A stretch of 46,303 nt of DNA from Macrostomum lignano (taxonomy: Eukaryota): positions 1 through 46,303 of the forward strand of contig NIVC01003320.1 in assembly GCA_002269645.1 (NCBI GenBank), in the 5' to 3' direction. The notes under the pieces were generated by a model that was not told where the DNA came from, ran no database searches, and saw only the letters and a list, made by a program, of their open reading frames with translations. The position numbers and the translations under genes were made by a program. This document shows positions 33,801 through 43,940 of this stretch, piece after piece (positions within the stretch are counted from its first letter, which is position 1; every line of letters starts with the position of its first letter).

Positions 33801-36800
33801 GCTGACAAAAGGCGCTGCCATCTTCGGATTCCCATCGGCGGCACAGCAGTCCGTTCACCAGTGTCAGCCGCTTAAACTCGGACAGCAGTTGCCGCTGCCT
33901 TCCGTCTCTGCCTTGTCCGGTGGTTGACTATCTCGCAAGCAGTTCGCCAGCTTCTGCATGCACCAATCCTCTGCCTGTGCTCGTCGAATCGCGCTGTCGT
34001 CATTGAACTCGACAGCGAGCGCAGAGCCACTGCACAGACAAGGTCCTTTTCGACACGGTCACCGACTGAGTGCGTCTACATTTCTATGTTTCTCGCCCTT
34101 GCGGTAGTCGAATTCGCTTAGTGTATCCAGCCACCGTGCCAGCTGACCATCGGGATCTCGGAAGCGCAGAAGATGAATAAGTGAGGCGTGATCAGTACGT
34201 ACTATAAATCTCTTTCCCAACAAGTAGCTACGATAGTGACCGACGAAGTGCACAATTGCCAGCAGCCCACGCTTCGTTGTGCAGTAATTTCTCTCTGCTT
34301 TGGGCAGAATGCGACTGCCGTACTCCACCACCTGCGTCCTGCCACCACGGCGCTCTTGAAGAACTCCTGAGATGGCCACGCCAGAAGCATCGGTATTCAG
34401 CACGAACTCAGCGTCTTCTGCGAATGTCGACATGATGAGGACTGGGCCGGAAGTAAGGCACTGCTTTAGGCGATTAAATGCTGCTGAGCATTCGAGAGTT
34501 CAGCTGAAGGTCACGTCCTTTTGCGTGAGCTTGTACAGCGGTTCAGCAATCTCACTGTACTTTTTAACGAAATGACGATAGTTGACACACAACCCCAGAA
34601 ATTGTCGCACTTCTGAACGATCTTCGGGTGTTGGCCACCCTACACTGCTTTCATCTTGTCCGGGTCAGTGGTCACGCCATCTTTTGCGACTCGGAAATCT
34701 AGAAATGAGATTTCCTGATAGCACAAGTGGCACTTGGTCGGCTTCAACTTCAGATTAGCGGTTCTGAATTTCTGCAACACAAGCTCAAGACGCCGCAGAT
34801 GCTCCTCGAATCCTTTCGAAAAGATAGATGACAACGTCGTAAAGAAATGACAGGCATACTTCCCATCAGAGGCCCTTCAGAACGAGTTCCATCAGCCTTG
34901 AAAACGTGAAAACGTGGCAGGACCATTGCACACACCTTGCGGTAGTCTCTTGCTTTGGAATAATCCCTGTGGCGCAAGGAATGCTGTTTTTGAGCGACTC
35001 TCCGAGTCCAGCATCACCTGGGTGTACCCGCTAGTGAAGTCGAGCGTTGAGGACATTGTGGATCCTGCGAGAGCATCGATCAGATCGCTGGTGTGAGGCA
35101 GTGGATGACTGTCTTTGACGGTCACGGAGTTGAGCAGTCTGAAGTCGTTCACGAAGCGCAAACTGCCGTCCTTCTTCACCAGAATTACCGGGCTCGACCA
35201 CGGAGAATTCGAAGGCTCTACGATGTCGTCTCTCACCATCTGCTTGACCATCTCTAAAACAGCTAGCTAGTTTGGCGGCGACAATCGGCGAGGAGGCACT
35301 CTGATGGGTTTCCCCGACCCGGTGTCAATTTTGTGGTCAAGTAGTCAAGTGCAACCCAGGTCGTTTGGACTTTTCGAGAACACAACCCGGTACTGATACA
35401 GAAGATCTTTGACACACTGAACTTGATTGGCTGTCAATTTTTTTATCACATTTGGTGCATACTCAGCGATCTGACCTTTCACTGACTCAACTTGCATTGA
35501 CAACTCTGCATCGGCACCATCAGACATCGGCTCAAAAGTCCCCAGTCTTGTTCCGGGGTAAAATGTATGCGACTTGGTGTCCGTATTGACATCGTGAACG
35601 GCGATGAGTCCTCCTCGCAACACCGAGAGGCTGCGCGCTCCACACATGACCATGGAGATGTCCTTCGAATTGTCAGGCTCAAAGATGCCGCACTCACCAT
35701 CAACAGCTGCAGCTTACCCACTTGCCAATCTCGCTGGGAAAACGATTTCGTGACCAGCGGGCACGGTTGTCCTGTCTGCTACCTCAACGGCGAATACACA
35801 GCTACTGGCTGCCGATGACTCCATTTTTACTTGCTGACCGCACACAGTGAGCGTTTGGCGATTGCAGTCGATGACGCAGCCGCAGTTTGCCAGGAAATCT
35901 GCACCCAGCAAAAAATCCTTGGCCAGATTTTCGACAACCAAAACTCTTTGTCGAACCGTTGCCACACTGAAACTTAGCTGCACGTCCTGCCAACCACAGG
36001 CAGCCAAATAGTTACCGTCTGCCAGCTTCAACTGCACCGGAGTCGTCAAAGGCAGGAGCCTCTCATTCAGCTTGCAAAACAGGGAACTTGACATCAGAGA
36101 CTGGGAACACCCAGTGTCAACTAGACAGCTGGCAGGGATACACATTGGCAGGATGCGACAGTTTACCAGCATGTTTACTCCAGTGGCTGAGCTGGACACC
36201 TCCACGACTGGTTGCGCCGGGATTCTCACTTGCGGAACGGCACCCCGGCGGTCGCCGCTCCATCAAAGTTTCCCGACTTCTGAGTGCGAAATCTTTGAAC
36301 ATGGCCCGACTTACCGCACTTCCAGCATGGCACGACTCTGCGTCTGTCGCCGCTCTGACGATGATCCTGGTCCTTTGACTCCCAGCGACTGAGCTTGTTG
36401 TACAGCTCCTTCAGATACCGTTGAATTCCGACTGCAAAGGCTTCGGGAACCTTAGCAGCCAGAGCCGTAGCGGTGCCTCCTTGTGACTGTATCGATTCCA
36501 TGAATCGCGCTGTTTCCCTCAATCCGGATAGAAACCGACCTTTGAGCAGCTCGTCCTTCGCTGTCACTGACGTTTCCTGCTCAGCACTTGCTTTCGTTTC
36601 CATCACTGGAAAGTGCGCTTTGCCGCAACGATCAGGGCATCGGAGTAGTCTGCAACCGACTGACCGTCCTTTTGAGTCAGATTGAAGAACTGCGCCTGCA
36701 GCTCAGCAGAGGATGTTGATGGCCGAAATCGATTTTTCAGAGCCTTCTCAAAGTGGTCGTAGGACCGGGCAGCCTCCAAATTGCTGGCCGCTTGATATGC

Positions 36801-38267
36801 TTTGTCATCGAGGAATGACAGCAGAGCATTCTTGCGCTGATCCACTCGAAGAAATGATGCGAAATTGTTGAATCGCGCCAGCCAAAGTTCAAAGTCTTGT
36901 CCATGCTGGTATTGAGGCGGCCGCAAAAACATGTTGACAAAACTAGCTTGGGCTGAGTCACCGCCATTGAAGGGCTTTCTGCACTGCCTTCCTTTTCAGT
37001 CATCAATGTAAGAACAAGCCAAGACGAAAATAGGCTTAAGGCGAAGACCAGGGGTCGGCAACCTCCGGCCCGCGGGCCAGATCCGACCCGCAAAGACTTT
37101 CTATGCGGCCCGCGAACTTCCTTAATCTTAATTATTACAATCCGGCCCGCACTTTTATTGTAACTTCATTGTTTCTCCTACAAAAGTTTTGTGCACTAAT
37201 AATGGGAAATTTCTTTCCTCAATTGCCAACTTTAATAACAAATTAGTTAACAATGAGACCCGAACTGATCGTGTAAGTGGCTGTTTACAAACTCTAGACA
37301 GACAGCACATCAGTTCAAACTTTCGAATATGGTATGGGGGGGTAAAGGCCCAGGGGGGCAGATTTTGGAGGGTAAAGACCCAGGGGCGGATTCTGGAAGG
37401 TAAAGACCGACGGGGCCGATTCTGGAGGGTAAAGACCGGGGGTGGATTCTGGAGGGTAAAGACCGGGGGTGGATTCTGGAGGGTAAAGACCCATGGGGCA
37501 AATTTTGGAGGGTAAAGACCCATGGGGCAAATTTTGGAGGGTAAAGACCCAGGGGGCGGATTCTGGAAGGTAAAGACCGACGGGCGGATTCTGATGGGTA
37601 AAGACCCAGGGGGCAAATTTTGGAGGGTAAAGACCCATGGGGCAAATTTTGGAGGTAAAGACCCAGAGGGCGGATTCTGGAGGGTAAAGACCCAGAGGGC
37701 AGATTTTTGAGGGTAAAGAAAGACCCAGGAGGGGGGGGGCGAAGTAATCGGGGGACGACCTGTGGCCCGTGGTCTTGAACTGAAAACCTCATCTGGCCCT
37801 CAAGTGGAAAAAGGTTGCCGACCCCTGGCGTAGACCGACACTTGGCTGCCCAGGACGCCAAGGCACTCACTTATATATTATAATTGTAAAGCGAGCAAAT
37901 ATACATACGGGCTAGTAAACTTTCGCACCTGCAATCAACTAATCAAACCATCTTACACAACCAATACGCTCATATATCTCGTTATCACAATGCAGAGGCC
38001 CTCGGCTGCTACAAAGACAACCACAAAGACCGCGACCTCGGTCAGCTGACGTCCAGCATCCTCATGAGCCACGAGAAGTGCTATTCGATTTGCAAGCGAC
38101 TTGGCCTGAAATATTTCGGCGTCCAAGGCGGAGCGCACTGCTGGGGCGGATCGACCTACGGCAAGCACGGCAAGGTTGACGAAAAAAAGTGTTCCATACC
38201 CTGCGAGGACAACGAGAAGCAGAGATGCGGTGGTTCGATATTCAACAATATTTTCGAGGTCCTGTGA
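28465..38267 (+). CDS. Secreted lectin-like protein B (SP-FTL-FTL-WSC), 410 aa
   Basis: join(28465..28597,29618..30035,30942..31351,37996..38267) = 1233 nt. Exons 2-4 have the same sizes (418/410/272) and phases as A. Intron 3 is expanded to 6.6 kb by TEs. Confidence 0.9.
30214..30910. repeat. (GACA)n microsatellite with CACTAAGA interruptions, intron 2 of lectin B
   Basis: Seen directly in the sequence. Confidence 0.99.
31460..31857. repeat. 28/32-bp minisatellite, about 13 copies, intron 3 of lectin B
   Basis: Same unit as in A, with an extra CCAG in many units. Confidence 0.96.
32245..36229 (-). pseudogene. pol: pol of Gypsy #2
   Basis: CLVDTGCS (protease); [22 protein letters not shown] (RT, YxDD decayed to FLYD); NTDAS...RTDHASL...NVDALSR (RNase H); [25 protein letters not shown] (integrase). 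Many stops and frameshifts. Confidence 0.92.
33285..33521. mobile_element. 237-bp solo LTR inserted in the integrase of Gypsy #2
   Basis: Termini TGTTGTG/CACAACA, perfect 5-bp TSD CTCGG (33280-84, 33522-26). Removing it restores [31 protein letters not shown]. Confidence 0.9.
36215..36274 (-). promoter_or_regulatory. -1 ribosomal frameshift signal (G GGA AAC + 6-nt spacer + H-type pseudoknot) at the gag-pol junction
   Basis: Heptamer is in phase with gag and pol lies in the -1 frame. Stem1 GGAGCGGC/GCCGTTCC; stem2 CGCCGGG/CCCGGCG. Confidence 0.75.
36226..36932 (-). pseudogene. gag: gag of Gypsy #2
   Basis: ORFs 36603-36932 and 36226-36606, joined by one frameshift. FELWLARF...[12 protein letters not shown] and a decayed [13 protein letters not shown](R) zinc knuckle. 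Confidence 0.85.
37049..37827. mobile_element. Non-autonomous hAT (Charlie-like) DNA transposon/MITE inserted in the 5' LTR of Gypsy #2
   Basis: 16-bp TIRs CAGGGGTCGGCAACCT/AGGTTGCCGACCCCTG, 8-bp TSD GCGAAGAC/GCGTAGAC, subterminal GGCCCGCGGGCC motifs. Confidence 0.92.
37340..37720. repeat. ~27-30-bp minisatellite inside the hAT MITE
   Basis: Repeating GATT(C/T)TGGAGGGTAAAGACC core. Confidence 0.9.
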
Positions 38268-39526
38268 TGAAGCTCGTGGATCTCATTGCTGGTAGATTGC
38301 AGTTTTTTAGGTCTTACAGCTGGGAACCATCTTCTACTGAACTTTCTGACTAAGATTTTTTCAAGTTGAGAGCAGCTCTTTTTAGTCATTTTTCTTTTGA
38401 AGTAGCTAGCTAGCTAAAAATACGAGCGCTCGTAAGTAGTGTATATTTACGAGTACGTGAACTGTCTTACTTTCTCAGCTACAAATACAAGTGTAGACCA
38501 TTAGAACTGTACGGTTTTTCATTAAATTGTGAATGGTAAAGAAAACCACACACATCATTTTGGCTGTCATATAAAGTTGCAGCAAGAGTGTAAGAACTTT
38601 TTCAGTGCATTGTTTTGTTATAAATACTTTTCTACAATATAGAGTGTTTATTTTTTATGTACACAGAGGGTTGCTACATATAAATATTCTAATTTGTCTT
38701 CACCATTGATATAAAATCTTCGATTTCAACAAGTCTATTTGTGTCGTGCTGAAATTGAAAGGCATTATGAAAATATTAGAATTATAATTTTATGATACTG
38801 GCGAATAAAGAATTAAATTTTATTCAATACCGGTTAATTTTGCTAATAAAAGTAACGTTAGCTAAGAATCAGTACAGGGAATTCATTAGAAATATTGGAC
38901 AAACGACTGGATAAATATTGAAATATTGGTTACAATATTGGTAAATGTTGAATACTTGAATATACATTCAGTGATCAGATGTAGATATAATGGCCGGTTC
39001 ACAAAAACTACAAACAATTGAACGTCTAGGTGAAAATGTAGGATTACATTGATTGCTGCACTCAAGGAATATATGGACTTTAGCACTCGACGAATACTTC
39101 GACGTCGACAGATTAAATTGTCAGGCTCTCATATTCGGCTATTTTTTAAGAATTCAAAAAGACTACTCCGGAGGAAGAAGAATTGAAGAAACGAGCTCGG
39201 AGAACCTTGCCCGACAAAAGCAGCTTTTCAACTCCAGCAACCAGCATTCGATCACGTTTTTTTTCAAGTTACGAGTCGACAATAATCAAGGAGTTCTATA
39301 ATTATCCTGCTAATTATAAAACTCCTTGACTATAATAAGGGTTTATTTTTATTATCCCTGCTCACTCTTGGCCATAGAACCAAACTCTAGGAGTTAAATA
39401 TGCAATAACGTCAATTGAGTTCGTCTAATTTGACTTCAAACAGTTAGCGTACGCTCGTAGCAGAGTGGGACAAAGAATCAGTTTAGAATTAACTTCTGTT
39501 CATTTTAGCATTAAATTTCAACAAAC

Positions 39527-40888
39527 ATGAGCAGAATGTCTCAACCATGGGTTTCACACTTGTTGCTAACAGTGCTGCTTCTCCTATGCCGATACGCCAG
39601 CGCCGTTAAACTCCACAAACCTCGGTCAGAAGTTCTCTCACTACTGGGCGAACAAGAAGGTAAGACAATTCTTATTTACCGTATTTGTGGTGCTGTTTTG
39701 ACACGAAAGAATTGATAAACTTGGCTGATATTCAGATGAAACTCTTGCCCAAGCCCTAACCCTTTATTGGAGATTGGGTTAGTAAATTCAACACCTGTTC
39801 AAGCATTCTCCTCACTCTAAAATCTCGCATTCCCTTGTCACTAAATTACTTAAAATACTGGCTTAAATTTACATTGAGACATGTTTATGCTACAATATTC
39901 TTAAACTATAGCATAAGCAGCAATAAAAACGCTCTTAAAAGTTAAAACCATAAATTTATCATACTATGTCCAAGACTAAACATTGTCAAAACGTCATTAG
40001 TTCAGTTTCCAGAGGATATGACCACTTCAGAGATAGGAAATTTATTTAAATGCTGAATTTCTTGTATTATATTTACATAATTTTTAAGTACATGCTTACT
40101 TCTTGCTAACAGTAAAACTATATAGTTAGCTACGTACTACAAGCTCGAAATTTAGCATTGTCAGTGGCGAAAACGACTAATAAGCCTTCCGACGATATTT
40201 GACATTTAAAGCTTTTAAAAGCCCCGAAAAAAACATGAAAAATCTCGCCACTACATTTCCTTCCATCCACTCGAATCCGCATCAGGCCGACTGTACTTTG
40301 GCAACTGCGAGCAGAGCAGTGGACGGTCTTCGTGCGTCTTCGCCATAGACGAGAGCTACAATCAGGAGCCAACCCAGTGCGCCGTGACATCTCTGGAAGG
40401 CAAGCCCTGGTGGATGGGCGTCCTCGAGACGCCGGCGTATATAACTAAGATAACGCTGCTCAATATCGATCAGCTGTATCGTTCTCACCCGGACGCCCTT
40501 CGCGCAGTAACCATTATGGCAGGTGATGACGTCTGCTTCCGCTACGAAAGCGACGAGTCTTTTGTTAAGCGTTCGTTTCCTTGCGACACCGTTGCGGACC
40601 AGATCGTCATCAGGAGCAGAATGGATTCAGCGGCTTTGACTCTGTGCGATGTCACAGTTTATGGCGCGCCAATTAGATTTCGGGGAGTTGTTGACGATGC
40701 TGGGTGAGCATTTAACTGACAAAATCAATACTTCTGTGTAAAGAAACTTTTTGCCCTGAGAAAAACGAAAGAAGGAAATAAAGACGGTAATAAATAGCCA
40801 GAAAAGATTTATTTAAATGAACAAAAAACTGACATCAGGTGAGACAACTAAGAACAATCAGGATGGATAGTGAGATCGAAACTAATAA

Positions 40889-40982
<94 letters not shown>

Positions 40983-40988
40983 CGTCAG

Positions 40989-41073
<85 letters not shown>

Positions 41074-41078
41074 CACAC

Positions 41079-41133
<55 letters not shown>

Positions 41134-41138
41134 CACAC

Positions 41139-41189
<51 letters not shown>

Positions 41190-42236
41190 CTAAGACAGAC
41201 AACTCATTCCATAGCCATACGCTTTCCCGGCAGCCCTTTGCGAGTTCAGTGGTGCCAGCAGAGCAGTGTAAGCGGCAACGGCTACTGCGAGAACGCATTC
41301 GATGGCGATGCAAACAGCAACCACAATGCGCGTCCTTGTGCAGTCACCATAGACGAAGCAACGCCCTGGATGTCAGCCAGACTGGAAATTCCCTCTCTGG
41401 TGACTGAAATCAAAATTTTCAACCGAGCCGACTGTTGCGGCGATGGACTCAACCAATTTTTGCTGACACTTGATAATCGAGTCTGCGCGGATTACGAAGG
41501 TGCAACGTTCGAGTCGAAGTATTTCCCATGCAAGTTTTTCGGCGATCGGCTGCGCATTAAAAGCAAGAAAAATAGAGCCATTTCAGTCTGCGAGATGCAG
41601 GTCCTTGGCTACCCTATGGAACTTCCGCGAGATGCGAAATTCAGTAAGTTAGGATTCAAAGAAGATAATGGGAAGTTAATCTCTAATAGTTCTCACAAAA
41701 AATTCACAAGAAAAACGTGTCTGCTCTATCCCACTGCTAACAAAGTGCCACTCCTCCCAGATTCTCATTTACTGGGCCAGCCTCCCAGATCCTCAGTTGC
41801 TGGACCAGCCTCCCAGATCCTCAGTTGCTGGGCCAGCCAGCCTCCCAAATCCTCAGTCACTGGGCCAGCCTCCCAGCTCCTCAGTTGCTGAGGCCGGATT
41901 CTCAGATCCTCAGTTGCCAGCGATCCCAAATGCGCAACCAATATCTGTCTTTATCACAATGCAGAGGCCCTCGGCTGCTACAAAGATAACCACAAGGACC
42001 GTGACCTCGGTCAGCTGGTGTCCAGCATCCTCATGAGCCACGAGAAGTGCTATTCGATTTGCAAGCGACTTGGCCTGAAATATTTCGGCGTCCAAGGCGG
42101 AGCGCACTGCTGGGGCGGATCGACCTACGGCAAGCACGGCAAGGTTGACGAAAAAAAGTGTTCCATACCCTGCGAGGACAACGAGAGGCAGAGATGCGGT
42201 GGTTCAATATTCAACAATATTTTCGAGGTCCTATGA
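39527..42236 (+). CDS. Secreted lectin-like protein C (SP-FTL-FTL-WSC), 410 aa
   Basis: join(39527..39659,40286..40703,41234..41643,41965..42236) = 1233 nt. Exon sizes and phases are identical to B. Confidence 0.9.
40889..41200. repeat. (GACA)n microsatellite, intron 2 of lectin C
   Basis: Seen directly in the sequence. Confidence 0.99.
41753..41920. repeat. 28-bp minisatellite, about 5-6 degenerate copies, intron 3 of lectin C
   Basis: Same unit family as in A and B. Confidence 0.88.
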
Positions 42237-42783
42237 TGAAGCTTAATGTTTTAGATTGTACAGCTGCACCAACTTCAAATGCACTTTCTGACTAAGATTC
42301 TTTTATTTTGAGTTACGATTAGCTCTTTTGAGTTCTTTTTTATCAATTACGCTCGCAGCTACCCGTAAAAAGTATGTGTTTACGTGAAATGACCTACTTT
42401 CTGAACTGCAAATACGAGCGTAGATTATTTGAACTGTTTGGTTTTTATAAAGTTAGTATGGTAAATAAAACTACACATTTCAACCGTCCTATAAAAATTT
42501 GCAGTAGGAGCTAGCGTAAGAAACTTGTCAGCCCATTGTTGCTTTATAAATATACAATAGAGAGTGTTCATATTTAATGTAACAGCGGTGTGTTATTGAT
42601 ATAATTTTTTTAAAATATTTTTCTTCTCCTGCACAAATTTTCTAACAGTTTGCTTGTATGAAAGAATCAGGAACATAACTTTATGATACTGGAGAATAAA
42701 TAATAACTTTTATTTAGTACCTGTTTGTTTTTCTAATAATTGTAACTTTTGTCAAGAATTAGTACAGGAAATTAATATTTATG

Positions 42784-43688
42784 TGCTAGCCCTTATGGTT
42801 CCTACTGAAATTATCTCACCAAGTTGCTGCAGTTCTTTAGTTCTAATTTCTCTATCCTATAAATTGTCACTAATATATCTACTTTGAGTAGCGTTGGCAG
42901 CCCTAATCTATGACTCTTTCCTAGAGATTTCTAATTTCACACGATTTCCTAGAAACATTGCGATAGCGTATAGTGCCTGAGCGGTAAGACACTGTCTAAT
43001 TCCCTAGTTCTGTCCGAAAGTCTAGCATTTTCCGGGGATCAAGGGTGTCCAGCGGTAACTAATCTACTTCCCTAATACCTAATCTCTTAATGCCTATTAT
43101 TGGCCTGTACGGCTTTCTTAGGATCTGTACGATCTCGATCTCCCTACTCAGGTTCTATTCTTGGGTCTCCACGACCTCTGGTTTCCTAATCAGATCCTTA
43201 GTTCTGGGTCTCCACGACCTTTGGTTTTCCCTATCTAGAGTCCTGGTTTTGGGTCTCCACGACCTCTGGTTTCCCTATCTAGAGTCCTGGTTTTGGGTCT
43301 CCACGACCTCTGGTTTCCCTATCTTATGAAAGAAATAACGAGATAAGTCTTAGCCAAATTTAGATTTGTTTCGCTAAAAGATTCTCGCAAGAATAGTTAA
43401 AGGCAAATATTGAGAACGATCGCCGAGGTTATATTTTTCTAGCGTCAACCTGATTCCTTAAATACAGAAAATTTGGGGAAGGTGGGACGCATTTTAACAA
43501 TTACTAAAATTATAACAAAAGGATTTGATTTGTTTGGGGAAATTAAACAAATGTGGAAGAAAATTTCTGATTGGCTGTGATTAAAACTCGGGTTTAACTA
43601 CTGTTATAAGTAATATACAAAGTTTATAAGGATTCTGCCTCATTTAGCTATAATCAGTGCTACTAAAGAATTAGAATCACTGAGCATA
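42784..43688. mobile_element. ~0.9-kb insertion (possible solo LTR) downstream of C, carrying a 44-bp tandem repeat (43162-43325)
   Basis: The sequence downstream of B (38870-39030) aligns to both sides of this block but lacks it. Candidate termini TGCT...AGCA. Boundaries approximate. Confidence 0.4.
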
Positions 43689-43940
43689 AGACTGGATAAT
43701 TATTGAAACCTTGCTTACATTGGTAAGTGTTGAATACTTGAATGCATATGCAGATCTAAATAAAATTGCCGGTTTACAAGAACAATAATTAAACGATCGA
43801 ACTTCTCAGTTAAAATGTAAAATTTATATTGAATTGCTTCTTGTAAGCTACAGCTAGATTAAGTACGTTTGTAAACTTCTAACATTTGTTAGTGCACAGC
43901 GGTATTTTCTGGAATGTCATATAATATCAATTACATGACA

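Larger units (their letters stand above)
31874..37957 (-). mobile_element. Ty3/Gypsy LTR retrotransposon #2, degenerate, in intron 3 of lectin B
   Basis: ~165-bp LTRs TGTAAGA...TCTTACA at 31874-32040 and 37007-37957 (the latter interrupted). PPT GAAAGAAGGAGAG next to the 3' LTR. Order is gag, protease (DTG), RT, RNase H, integrase. Empty site ATGCGCAACCAATA is present in paralogue C; TSD approximately CAACC. Confidence 0.93.

Noticed and set aside
36990-37006. PBS of Gypsy #2
   Set aside because: Reads TTGATGACTG rather than TGG..., so no tRNA can be assigned.
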